This document shows, one piece after another, positions 48,138 to 58,219 of a stretch of DNA of 63,482 nucleotides. Source of the DNA: Clostridia bacterium (GTDB taxonomy: Bacteria; Bacillota; Clostridia; TANB77; CAG-508); the NCBI GenBank assembly GCA_047017005.1, contig JBKXSZ010000002.1:44620-108101 (forward strand). The letters are read 5' to 3'. Position 1 is the first letter of the stretch; every line of letters begins with the position of its first letter. A program made the position numbers and the translations under genes. The notes beneath the pieces are model-generated. The model was not told the origin of the DNA. It made no database searches and was given only the letters and a program-made list of their open reading frames with translations.

Positions 48138-48818
48138 TTACTCTTCTTTTGCCCAGATAACTAATCTTGCTTTACTATCATCTGTACAGGTAGATAAAGA
48201 TATCTCTCTTGCACCTTTTGTATCTCTTGTAATATAGTCTGAGTCAGATGGCTCAGTTTCATATTTGTTATATACTTTATATGTAATAGTTCTTCCGGAG
48301 TTATCTTTAATGAAGATACTGTCTCCTATTTCTATCTTTTTATTATTCGAGAAAAATAATCCATTTCTATAGTTGTGTCCTACAATTAATGTATTTCCTG
48401 GTTCATTTAATCCTGCTGTTGTATATTGAACTGCAACAGAAGTTTCAATTGATTTTTTCGTTACTTTATCTAAGATGGGATATTTTAAATTTGTTTTTGG
48501 TATCTCTATTTTTCCAAGTACATTAAATCCTTTATATGTCCATGTCTTTCCAGAAGTGCTTGAGCCTCCTGTAACAGCTTCATTTAATTGATTTAATGGA
48601 TTTTCTGCACTACCTCCAATATTATTTGTTTGGTTCGTAGCTTCTACTTCTCCATCAAATTGGCTTAAAAATTCTCCTGTATCTTTTGTAATAAAATATT
48701 TTTGATAATAATCATATCCCAAATAGCCTAATAATGCTACAATAGCAATAATAACGATTACTAATAAAATAGTAAGGAATTTTCCATATTTACTATCTGT
48801 CATTTTCAATCCCTCCAT
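48138..48818 (-). CDS. sortase-family transpeptidase
   Basis: 226 aa. N-terminal membrane anchor, a conserved His (LIVGHNYRNG), the catalytic LSTC motif (ISLSTCTD) and a downstream Arg (KARLVIW). Confidence 0.8.
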   Translation of the reverse strand: MEGLKMTDSKYGKFLTILLVIVIIAIVALLGYLGYDYYQKYFITKDTGEFLSQFDGEVEATNQTNNIGGSAENPLNQLNEAVTGGSSTSGKTWTYKGFNVLGKIEIPKTNLKYPILDKVTKKSIETSVAVQYTTAGLNEPGNTLIVGHNYRNGLFFSNNKKIEIGDSIFIKDNSGRTITYKVYNKYETEPSDSDYITRDTKGAREISLSTCTDDSKARLVIWAKEE

Positions 48819-48891
48819 CTATCACGGTTTCACTCTATAACTTTATTATACCATAATTTATGCTTTTTTCCTATGGTTTTTGCGAAATATT

Positions 48892-49245
<354 letters not shown>

Positions 49246-49289
49246 CTATCTTTTCTCTTTTATACCTATTTTTTCTATTTGCATAAAAA

Positions 49290-51050
49290 TTAATCTTTTA
49301 TTAAAACAGCCTTTATTCTTCTTACTCCTGAAGAACTAGATTCTTCTTTCTTAATTTTAAATCTTCCCAATTCTCCTGTGTGTGTTACATGAGGTCCGCC
49401 ACAAATTTCTTTACTAAAATCTCCTATGGTATATACTTTTACCTTATCTCCATATTTGTTGGTAAAAAGTCCTACTGCCCCAGATTCTTTTGCCTCGTCA
49501 TAAGACATTTCTTCGCAAGTTACTGGTAAATCTTCTTTTATCTTCTCATTTACTAAATCCTCTACCTCTTGGATTTCTTCTTTTGTCATTTTTTTTGGAT
49601 GCGTAAAGTCAAATCTTAGTCTTTCTGTTGTTATATTGGAACCATTCTGTTTTACATGTTCCCCTAATACTACTTTTAATGCTTTATGTAATAAATGCGT
49701 TGCTGTATGATATGCTATTGTTTGCTCATTTTGCTCTGCTAATCCACCTTTAAATTTTTGCTCTGAACCCATACGAGATTTTTCTTGATGTTCTTTATAT
49801 CGTTTATCAAACGCTGCCATATCTATTGTAAAGCCTTGCTCTTTAGCTAATTCTGATGTTATTTCTGGTGGAAATCCATAAGTATCATATAATTTAAAAA
49901 TAACTTCTCCGTCAATAGTATCTTTTCCTTCTGCTTTCATTTTTTCTGCTTCTTTTTCAAATTCTCTTTCTCCACGTTCTAATGTTTTCATGAATTTGTC
50001 TTTCTCTTCAATTAATACTTGTTTAATGGTTTCCTTATTTTTCTCTAATTCCGGATACATTTCTTTTAATGTTTCAATATTTAGTTCTACTAATTCTGGA
50101 ATTTTATCTAATTCAATTTGTAGTTTATTTAAATGTCTTGTCATTCTTCTAATCAATCTTCTTAACACATAACCACGATCTATATTACTTGGTCTTCCAC
50201 CATCTGTTATTACCATCATACTAGAACGTAAATGTTCTGCTACAATTCTTCTACTATTTATATTCTCTACTTTTGCAAGTTCCGCTAATTTCTCCATAAT
50301 TGGTGCAAAAAGTTCCGTATCATATGGAGTTTCTTTTCCTTGTAATAGCATGGTCATTCTTTCTAATCCAAGACCAGTATCTACATTATGTTGTTTTAAT
50401 TTTGTATATATACCCTCTTTTGATTTAAAGTATTCCATAAATACATTGTTCCATATTTCCACATATTTTCCGCACTCACAAGAAGGGTCACAATGGTCAG
50501 AACATGCTGGTTTTCCAGTATCATAAAACATTTCAGTATCTGGACCACAAGGACCTTCTTCTCCTGCTATCCAAAAATTATGTTCTTTTCCCAAAAAATA
50601 GATTCTTTCTTCTGGAATCCCCGCTTTTTTCCAGCATGCTGCGGCTACGGTATCTTTTGGAACATCTTCATCTCCTGCAAAACAAGTAACCGATAATTTT
50701 TCTACTGGAATTTTCAATTCTTTTGTTAAGAATTCAAAACTCATCTGAATAGACTCTTCTTTGAAATAGTCTCCTAAAGACCAGTTTCCAAGCATTTCAA
50801 AATAGGTTAAATGACGATTATCTCCAACTTCATCAATATCATTTGTTCTTAAACATTTCTGATAATCGGTAAGACGAGTTCCTTCTGGATGTTTTGCTCC
50901 TAATAAATAAGGTACCAATGGTTGCATTCCTGCTGTTGTGAACAAAACAGAAGGGTCATTTTCTGGTATTAACGGTGCACTCGGAATTGCTTTGTGTCCA
51001 TGTGCTTTAAAATAGTTTAGATATTTATTTCGTATTTCTATTGCTTTCAT
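49290..51050 (-). CDS. alaS: alanine--tRNA ligase, short form lacking the C-Ala domain
   Basis: 586 aa. It has the class II catalytic core (FTTAGMQP, FEMLGNWSLGDYFK) and editing-domain motifs HTATHLLH and CGGPHV. The protein ends about 30 aa after the editing domain. Confidence 0.85.
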   Translation of the reverse strand: MKAIEIRNKYLNYFKAHGHKAIPSAPLIPENDPSVLFTTAGMQPLVPYLLGAKHPEGTRLTDYQKCLRTNDIDEVGDNRHLTYFEMLGNWSLGDYFKEESIQMSFEFLTKELKIPVEKLSVTCFAGDEDVPKDTVAAACWKKAGIPEERIYFLGKEHNFWIAGEEGPCGPDTEMFYDTGKPACSDHCDPSCECGKYVEIWNNVFMEYFKSKEGIYTKLKQHNVDTGLGLERMTMLLQGKETPYDTELFAPIMEKLAELAKVENINSRRIVAEHLRSSMMVITDGGRPSNIDRGYVLRRLIRRMTRHLNKLQIELDKIPELVELNIETLKEMYPELEKNKETIKQVLIEEKDKFMKTLERGEREFEKEAEKMKAEGKDTIDGEVIFKLYDTYGFPPEITSELAKEQGFTIDMAAFDKRYKEHQEKSRMGSEQKFKGGLAEQNEQTIAYHTATHLLHKALKVVLGEHVKQNGSNITTERLRFDFTHPKKMTKEEIQEVEDLVNEKIKEDLPVTCEEMSYDEAKESGAVGLFTNKYGDKVKVYTIGDFSKEICGGPHVTHTGELGRFKIKKEESSSSGVRRIKAVLIKD

Positions 51051-51238
51051 AAGATTTCTCCCTTTTCTCTTCGATCTGATTGTTAAATTATATTACATTT
51101 ATCCATATATTTCAATAGTTATCTAGATTTCTTGCAAGTATCTTTTTTACCGTAAGGAAATATTTATCCATAAAATGAAAATCAGCAAAATTTATTATAC
51201 ATAAATCTGAAACATTCTTTACTTGTGCTAATACGCGC

Positions 51239-51274
51239 AAAAAAAGTACCAAATATCACTTAGATGTTTGGTAC
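51239..51274 (-). terminator. intrinsic terminator inside the alaS leader (attenuator)
   Basis: On the minus strand, GTACCAAACATC-TAAGT-GATATTTGGTAC forms 11 of 12 pairs, followed by TTTTTTT. It lies about 190 nt upstream of the alaS start. Confidence 0.6.
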
Positions 51275-51543
51275 CAAATATCGCGGTTCTCTACTATCCT
51301 AATTTTTATCTTTATTACAAATATGACGCGAAAAGAAATGAACTCAATAATATCGGGCGTATCATTGTTGCTATGGAAGGAAGCTGAAAAGTAGTCTCCT
51401 TGAAGTTGCAAAAACCCCCACGAGGCACACAAAGAGTGTAACTGTCATCCACTCCCATGTATTTACCACTAAACCATAGCGTCTATGTCAAGTATATCAC
51501 TTACATTAAAAATGACTATCTCATGGATAATCATTTTTCATAC

Positions 51544-52098
51544 TTAAATTTCCATTTGACTTCCTAAAAAACTTGCTGCGGATTGTACTACTTTTTGTTC
51601 TACTTCTGTCATTTTTGTATTTGCTTCTTTTGAAAGTAATATCACACTTCCAATAACATCCCCATCTGATATAATGGGATAGACAACTTGTGAATTATAT
51701 TTTCTATCTTTGTTATCATTTCTTGTTACCGGAATTGATACATCACTATTTTCTCGACTAGTATATACTTCCTTATCTTCCATTAATCGTTCTAATTCAT
51801 CACTAATATTCTGTTCTAAAAACTCTTTTTTAGAACCTCCGGAAACAGCAATTACGGTATCTTTATCTGTAATACATGCAATATGTCCTGTTGTTTTAGC
51901 AAGTGTTTCCGCATACTGTGTTGCAAATTCAGATAATTCTCCTATTGGTGAATATTTTTTTAGAATAACTTCCCCTTCTTTATCAGTAAATATTTCTAAT
52001 GGGTCACCTTCTTTAATTCTCAAAGTTTTTCTTATCTCTTTTGGAATAACAACTCTTCCTAAATCATCAATTCTTCTTACTACTCCTGTTGCTTTCAA
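51544..52098 (-). CDS. spoVT: stage V sporulation protein T (AbrB-type + GAF-like domain regulator)
   Basis: 184 aa. MKATGVVRRIDDLGRVVIPKEIRKTLRIKEGDPLEIF is a SpoVT/AbrB swapped-hairpin N-terminus. Confidence 0.9.
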   Translation of the reverse strand: MKATGVVRRIDDLGRVVIPKEIRKTLRIKEGDPLEIFTDKEGEVILKKYSPIGELSEFATQYAETLAKTTGHIACITDKDTVIAVSGGSKKEFLEQNISDELERLMEDKEVYTSRENSDVSIPVTRNDNKDRKYNSQVVYPIISDGDVIGSVILLSKEANTKMTEVEQKVVQSAASFLGSQMEI

Positions 52099-52239
52099 AA
52101 TTTTCCCTCCTTTTGATTCTGTTTATGACTAGTATTTGTTTTTCCTTGGTTTTTATGCATTTGTTTTCCAAAAATTTTAACAAAAGAAAACGATATTTAA
52201 AATATATCGTTTTTCTTTTGTAATTTGTTATATTTCATT

Positions 52240-54225
52240 CTATTCTTCTACCGCTTCTTGCTTTTCTCTTGGAGCTAAGAACGATGTTTTATATTTATCT
52301 AAAATGTAACCTAAGTCTTTTGAAAAATCTTTTAACATAACAATTTTAATGCTAATATCTTTTCCTTTAATATAGTCATCCATAATTTGTTTTAATTGCT
52401 TAATGTTTTTCATTTCTGGTTCTATTTCTTTTGTATATTTATTCGCTCTATTTACTAATTTCTCGCGGATACTTACAATATCTTCGTTACTAGCACAGGA
52501 CAATCTTTGGAACATCTGATATACATCATAATACTTGAAGATTGGTATATCCATACATTCTTTATCAAATTTATCATAGAATTGTTCCATTTTCATTGGA
52601 ATACATTTAAATAGTTCCTCCGCTTTTTCATGATACATTTTGTCTTTCAATGTATTATTGATTTCATAGAAATGTTTTAAAATATCATTCATATCTTCGC
52701 TTACTTCATCGATTCCAATTCTAGAAAGCTCTTCTTCAACGTTATCGCAATATTGTGAAGTTAAGGAAGATATATTCATTCCGTTAAAAAATACACCTTT
52801 AATTGTTTTTAGGTCATAGGAAATTAATCCTTTTTTAGAGAAATAACTAAAGTAAGCAAATAGTTTTACGATATCAATTAAACGTATTTTTCCGTTCTTT
52901 ACATCTTGTAATACTTCTTCAATGACTCCATCAAATTGATCATCTGATATTTTCCAATATTCTTCTGTTAATAGCCTTTTATATCCTGGTAATTTATCGG
53001 TATCAATTGTATTTCGAATAACTTCCATATCATCTTTAAATACTTTCATTTCAAAAATTCTGGTTCGTACATAAATTTCAATGAATTTAAAGAAACGATA
53101 GTCTGCTTTGAAGTTATAGTAATAGTTATTATCAAATTCTTTAATATAGAATTGTCTATTATCCATTAAAATTCTTGAAGACACTAAAATTGCTTTATAT
53201 TCTTCATTATTCTCTATATTTACAAATTTATCTTTTGTTACTTTTCCTGCTTTTATTTCGAAAGATATAGCAATGGTAAAGATAAGCATTGTTTGTAATA
53301 CTCGATGATTTGTATTTGGATAATATTTATTTACCATGTCAAATATTTTCTTAAAGTCATTTAGAGAATGTTTTAGAATTCTTAGATTTCTGGTTCCACT
53401 TTTATTAAAAGTAGAAATAATTAATCCTGTATTCTCTCTTAAAAATCGAATTAAGTCTGGATAATTTTCATATCGCATTAATAATCCATTAATGATATAG
53501 TTGAATTCGGGTTTGTATTCAAAAGTTTCTCCAATTAATTTTTCCTTTATTCTTTCATAATCATTTGCCTTGTCAAATACATATTCAATTTTATCTTGTA
53601 TCTTTTCCACCATTGGCTTGTCTGTTTTAGAAAGGTCTCCTTCTTTATCTAATAGATAAGTAGCAATAAAAGTTTTCATTTCTAAGTTTGAGCTTTTCAA
53701 TTTAGTAGATAGCTCTTTTTCATTACAAATAATAATGGTTTTAATATGGTCATGTTCTACAAAGTTATTAATATATCCTAGAATATCTATAACGTCCACA
53801 TTAGCTCTTTCTAGGTCATCGAAGCATAAAATTTTATCGTCTGTTGAAAAGAATTTTCCATAATCTATTTTATCTCCATTTTGTGTAACGCCAAAGAAAT
53901 TTGCCATGTCTAATCCTGTTTTGGCGTATTCTGGTATATTTGTTTGCCCATTTGCATCCATATATCTTCTTAAGTTTTTATCCATTAATTGTGTTGTCTC
54001 AATAAATATCTTTTTACTAATTTCTTCTAAGTTAGAAATACCATAAAGAGACATGTAGATAGTCGTATATTTCTTTCCGTTTAATTGCATGGACTCAATT
54101 TTATTACGTATTTTATGATTCCAAAAATACGTTTTTCCGCTTCCCCATTCGCCATTTATCATAATAGCATAATCCGTATAATCTGCTCTAATATAGTCTA
54201 ATATACTTTCCACTAAATCTTCCAT
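52240..54225 (-). CDS. KAP-family P-loop NTPase
   Basis: Walker A INGEWGSGKTYFW and Walker B ILCFDDLER, with a long helical C-terminal region. I prefer the ATG at 54225 (MEDLVESIL, GAGGTGG RBS), 13 nt after the comFC stop. Confidence 0.7.
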   Translation of the reverse strand: MEDLVESILDYIRADYTDYAIMINGEWGSGKTYFWNHKIRNKIESMQLNGKKYTTIYMSLYGISNLEEISKKIFIETTQLMDKNLRRYMDANGQTNIPEYAKTGLDMANFFGVTQNGDKIDYGKFFSTDDKILCFDDLERANVDVIDILGYINNFVEHDHIKTIIICNEKELSTKLKSSNLEMKTFIATYLLDKEGDLSKTDKPMVEKIQDKIEYVFDKANDYERIKEKLIGETFEYKPEFNYIINGLLMRYENYPDLIRFLRENTGLIISTFNKSGTRNLRILKHSLNDFKKIFDMVNKYYPNTNHRVLQTMLIFTIAISFEIKAGKVTKDKFVNIENNEEYKAILVSSRILMDNRQFYIKEFDNNYYYNFKADYRFFKFIEIYVRTRIFEMKVFKDDMEVIRNTIDTDKLPGYKRLLTEEYWKISDDQFDGVIEEVLQDVKNGKIRLIDIVKLFAYFSYFSKKGLISYDLKTIKGVFFNGMNISSLTSQYCDNVEEELSRIGIDEVSEDMNDILKHFYEINNTLKDKMYHEKAEELFKCIPMKMEQFYDKFDKECMDIPIFKYYDVYQMFQRLSCASNEDIVSIREKLVNRANKYTKEIEPEMKNIKQLKQIMDDYIKGKDISIKIVMLKDFSKDLGYILDKYKTSFLAPREKQEAVEE

Positions 54226-54238
54226 CTTTCCACCTCTT

Positions 54239-54901
54239 TTAATCTTTTGCAATTGTAATTATATATATTGTTTTTGCTCCTGCTTGTTTCAATACTTTAC
54301 TACATTCTTCTACTGTACTTCCTGTAGTATAAATATCATCAAATAAAGCGATATTTTTTCCGATTATTTTTTCTTTGTTTTTTACTTGATATGCATTTTC
54401 AATATTTTGGGTACGCATTCGTTTATCTAAACTACTTTGTGGTTTTGTATTTTTTATTTTATACAAAGCTTTCGTTTCTATGCAAACTTCTTTATTACTT
54501 CTTATATATTCTCTCAAAATTAATTCACTTTGATTGTAGCCTCTTTTTTGTTGTCTTTTTTTGTGAATTGGAACTGGGATTATTATATCACAATGTTGTT
54601 TCAAAAATCCACTTAGTCTTTCATTTTTTAACATTATTTTTGCAAATAATTTTGCTAATTGTTTTTCTTTTTTAAATTTATATTGAATTAATTTTTTTCG
54701 TATGATTCCACTATATTCAAATAGATAAAGGTGACTAGCGAACTCCTTATCACTATATTCTTGTAGCTTACTTTCTAATTCTCCTTCTATTACCGTTTCA
54801 CATTTCTTACATATAATCTCTGTTCCTATTTTTCCACATATTTCACACGTTGGTGGGTAGATACTATTTAATAGCTTATTTTCTAACTGTTTTATATTCA
54901 A
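54239..54901 (-). CDS. comFC: ComF-family protein (phosphoribosyltransferase-like)
   Basis: 220 aa. N-terminal CxxC...CxxC zinc finger (CEICG...CKKCE) and a C-terminal PRTase motif LFDDIYTTGST. Confidence 0.85.
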   Translation of the reverse strand: MNIKQLENKLLNSIYPPTCEICGKIGTEIICKKCETVIEGELESKLQEYSDKEFASHLYLFEYSGIIRKKLIQYKFKKEKQLAKLFAKIMLKNERLSGFLKQHCDIIIPVPIHKKRQQKRGYNQSELILREYIRSNKEVCIETKALYKIKNTKPQSSLDKRMRTQNIENAYQVKNKEKIIGKNIALFDDIYTTGSTVEECSKVLKQAGAKTIYIITIAKD

Positions 54902-55139
54902 ATTTCCTCCTAAAGCAAAAGAAGTGGAGATAATCCCCCACTTCTTTTTATTTTTCTATTTTTCCAATTGTCTAGTCTTCGTTTATGTATGCAACCTTTT
55001 CCCTAATTTCTCCTAAATTAATAGTTTCATTCTAATTAACCCTATTTCTTCTTTTTTCATTCTGTCTAATATTTCTAATTCGGTTTCTTTAATACTAATT
55101 AGTTGATTAACTTCTTTCCCTTCTTCCATTTGTTCCTTC

Positions 55140-55694
55140 TTATGCTCTCCATTTTTCAATTTCCATTCCTTGTTGTCTTAAACATTTGTCTTGCTTTTCC
55201 ATAATTTTTCCTATTACTGGTACTACTTGTTTTGAAATAATAATCATCGTATCTTCTTGCTCTTTCTTCATTATTTTAATGTCTTTTTTCATCTCAGTTA
55301 CGTCTTTTCTTGTCTCTTTTTGCTCTTCTTTAATTTCTGTGATGTCTTCTTTCATGACTTTTTGCTCTTCTTTAATTTCTGTGATGTCTTCTTTCATGAC
55401 TTTTTGCTCTTCTTTGATTTCTGTGATGTCTTCTTTCATGACTTTTTGCTCTTCTTTGATTTCTGTGATGTCTTCTTTCATGACTTTTTGCTCTTCTTTG
55501 ATTTCTGTGATGTCTTCTTTCATGACTTTTTGCTCTTCTTTGATTTCTGTGATGTCTTCTTTCATGACTTTTTGTTCTTCTTTCATTTCAGTTACGCTCT
55601 CTTGCATTCTTTGTTGATTTACTACTACATTTTCTATTTTATCTGTTAGCCCATTTATTTTACTTAAAATTAATCCTATTGTCTCTTCTGGCAT
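55140..55694 (-). CDS. coiled-coil protein built from tandem 14-aa repeats, hypothetical
   Basis: 184 aa. The unit MKEDITEIKEEQKV is repeated 6 times perfectly, with degenerate flanking copies. A GAGGAGGTG RBS is present. Confidence 0.6.
   Translation of the reverse strand: MPEETIGLILSKINGLTDKIENVVVNQQRMQESVTEMKEEQKVMKEDITEIKEEQKVMKEDITEIKEEQKVMKEDITEIKEEQKVMKEDITEIKEEQKVMKEDITEIKEEQKVMKEDITEIKEEQKETRKDVTEMKKDIKIMKKEQEDTMIIISKQVVPVIGKIMEKQDKCLRQQGMEIEKWRA
55318..55569. repeat. six near-perfect 42-bp tandem repeats (in-frame)
   Basis: The unit is TTTTTGCTCTTCTTT[A/G]ATTTCTGTGATGTCTTCTTTCATGAC. Units 1-2 carry A and units 3-6 carry G at the single variable (synonymous) site. Degenerate copies flank the array at about 55276-55317 and 55570-55611. 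Confidence 0.9.
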
Positions 55695-55802
55695 TTTTTA
55701 CACCTCCTCGTAAAAAAACTTTTTCCCTTTGCAAGTTTAATATAAATTAATTTTTGCAAAAAGTCAATAGTCTTTTTGACATTTTAACTTTTTGTTTAAC
55801 TT

Positions 55803-58076
55803 TTATTCTATATTTCTTAATTTATATTCTAATCCCGTATTTCGTTTTCTTAAGTCCGCATTTTGCACCATGAAGTCAATTATTCTATCACTTCCTAAAA
55901 CAACTAATAACTTTTTAGCTCTTGTCAACGCTGTATAAAGTAAATTTCTAGTAAGTAACATCGAAGAAGATGGTGAAACTACCAATATAACTACATCAAA
56001 TTCACTACCTTGTGCTTTATGAATTGTAATTGCATAACTATGTTCCATTTGATCCAATTCAGAAAAAGTATACCAAGCAATTTTTCCATCATCATATTTT
56101 ACTTTTATCTGTTTATCCTCTTCATCTATTTTCTCAATTCTTCCTAATTCACCGTTAAAAACACCACTTCCATTTTCATATATTGGTTCTTTCTTTTCCC
56201 AAAACATATCATAATTATTTTTTATCTGCATCACACGGTCTCCTTCACGGAAAATGACACCTCCATAACTTTTTTCTTTCTTCTCTTCTGTCTTTGGATT
56301 TAATGCCTTTTGTAATGCTTTATTTAGTTCTTTCGTTCCTAATATTCCTTTTTTCGTTGGTGTTAATATTTGAATATTAGAAAAGAAATCATAATCTCCA
56401 TAATTTTGTAGTCTTCCCTGACATAGGGAGATTGTTTCTTGTAGAATTTTATTTAAATCATATTCACGGATATAGAAAAAGTCATCTAGTGTTTCAATAA
56501 TATCCTCATCCTCTTTATCTACATCTTCAATTTCTTCTTTTACAGAATGAATAAAACTTTGTCCTTTATTTACTTTATGTGCATTTACGATAATTTTACT
56601 TTTAGCAGCTTGCCTAAATATCTTGTTTAAGGAAACCGTAGTAATAGTTTCGGATGCAATCATGTCTTTTAGTACACTACCTGGCCCTACAGAAGGTAAT
56701 TGGTCTACGTCTCCTACTAAAACTAATTTTGTCCCCTGATAAATAGCACTTAGCAAATAATTCATTAAAAAGACATCTACCATTGACACCTCATCTACAA
56801 CGACAATATCGGCGTCTATAGGAGAAACTTCATAATCATTTTGAATTAACCCATCATCTTCAAATTTTCCTATTTCTAATAATCGATGTAATGTTTTGGC
56901 TTCTTCTCCCGTTGTCTCCGTCATCTTTTTAGCTGCTCTTCCTGTTGGTGCACAAAGAACTACCTTTTTTCCTCTCTTCTTATACATTTCAATGATACTT
57001 TTTATAATAGTTGTTTTACCTGTACCAGGTCCTCCTGTTATAATACAAACATTATGGTTATTTACCTCTTTAATGGCTTCTTTTTGTTTACTAGATAATT
57101 TTACTCCTGTATCCTTTTCTATCTTTTCAATTTCTACTAAAATATGAGGTATTTCTTTTATATTTTGTGCCTTTTCTAATAAATGAATGCGATGTGCAAT
57201 ATTGTGCTCTGCCTGATACATTTCAGCTAAATATACCCACTCTTCTATAGTTTCACGCTTCTCAATTACAATTTCTTCTCTTGCACTTAAGTTAATCATT
57301 GCTGTATCAATATCATCTTCTGTTACTTTTAATAAATCCTGTGCATATTGCATCAAATTTTCTTTAATTACACAAACATTACCATTATAGCTTGCTAAAT
57401 TTAAACTATACTTAATTCCACTTTCAATTCGTTTTGGTGAGTTATATTCAAACCCTAAATCTGTTGCAATTTTATCTATCTTTCGAAAATCTACTCCTCT
57501 TACAATATCAGAAAGTATATACGGGTTATTTTCAATTTCATTAATCGCTTCTATTCCCAATGTATCATATATTTTCTTAGCATGATTTGCACCAATTCCA
57601 AATTTCTCTAAATAGCTAACAATTTGCCATAAATTCCATTTGCTATTAAATTCTTCCGCTACTTCTAATGCTCTTTCTTTAGATATTCCTTTTACTTGTG
57701 CTAATTTATATGGTTCAAATTTAAATATGGAGATGGTCTCTTCTCCGAAAGTTTCTACAATTCTTCGTGCAGTTGCTGGGCCGATTCCTTTTATGGTTCC
57801 ATTAGCTAAGTACCTTTCTAATGCTTCTACTGTTTGTGGCATTAACTTTTCAAATGTCTCTATTTTAAACTGTCTTCCATATTCTTTATGTTCTACAAAT
57901 TTTCCTGTCAGTCTTAAAGAATCTCCACTATTAATAAACGGAAGATATCCTACAACAGTTGTTTCTTCTTCTCCTATTCGTTCTGCTATTTCCTCTTCTA
58001 AAATAAAGATAGCTATCATATAGCTATTCATTTCGTTTTGATATATAATATCTGCTATTTGTCCTGAAATTTCCAA
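55803..58076 (-). CDS. recD2: RecD2-type SF1B ATP-dependent DNA helicase
   Basis: 757 aa. N-terminal OB/HhH region, Walker A ITGGPGTGKTT, VVDEVSMVD, LVGDVDQLPSVGPG and a C-terminal ITIHKAQGSEF. Confidence 0.9.
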   Translation of the reverse strand: MEISGQIADIIYQNEMNSYMIAIFILEEEIAERIGEEETTVVGYLPFINSGDSLRLTGKFVEHKEYGRQFKIETFEKLMPQTVEALERYLANGTIKGIGPATARRIVETFGEETISIFKFEPYKLAQVKGISKERALEVAEEFNSKWNLWQIVSYLEKFGIGANHAKKIYDTLGIEAINEIENNPYILSDIVRGVDFRKIDKIATDLGFEYNSPKRIESGIKYSLNLASYNGNVCVIKENLMQYAQDLLKVTEDDIDTAMINLSAREEIVIEKRETIEEWVYLAEMYQAEHNIAHRIHLLEKAQNIKEIPHILVEIEKIEKDTGVKLSSKQKEAIKEVNNHNVCIITGGPGTGKTTIIKSIIEMYKKRGKKVVLCAPTGRAAKKMTETTGEEAKTLHRLLEIGKFEDDGLIQNDYEVSPIDADIVVVDEVSMVDVFLMNYLLSAIYQGTKLVLVGDVDQLPSVGPGSVLKDMIASETITTVSLNKIFRQAAKSKIIVNAHKVNKGQSFIHSVKEEIEDVDKEDEDIIETLDDFFYIREYDLNKILQETISLCQGRLQNYGDYDFFSNIQILTPTKKGILGTKELNKALQKALNPKTEEKKEKSYGGVIFREGDRVMQIKNNYDMFWEKKEPIYENGSGVFNGELGRIEKIDEEDKQIKVKYDDGKIAWYTFSELDQMEHSYAITIHKAQGSEFDVVILVVSPSSSMLLTRNLLYTALTRAKKLLVVLGSDRIIDFMVQNADLRKRNTGLEYKLRNIE

Positions 58077-58219
58077 AATTTAACGTCCTCTTCTCTTTTT
58101 TGTTTTATTCATTTTTCTTGTTTATCTTATCAAAAATTTGTTTCATTTACAATAGAAGAGAAAAACAAAAGAGTAAGAAATATCAATTTTATTTCTTACT
58201 CTTTCTTAATTTCTTTTTT

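Noticed and set aside
47914-48237. 107-aa plus-strand ORF.
   Set aside because: It overlaps tRNA-Gln and tRNA-His on the opposite strand and the 3' end of the sortase gene, so it is spurious.
55186-55649. Two plus-strand ORFs (143 and 130 aa) and a possible CRISPR-like regular repeat.
   Set aside because: They are antisense frames of the 42-bp tandem repeat. The repeats are contiguous with no spacers, so this is a coding tandem repeat and not a CRISPR array.
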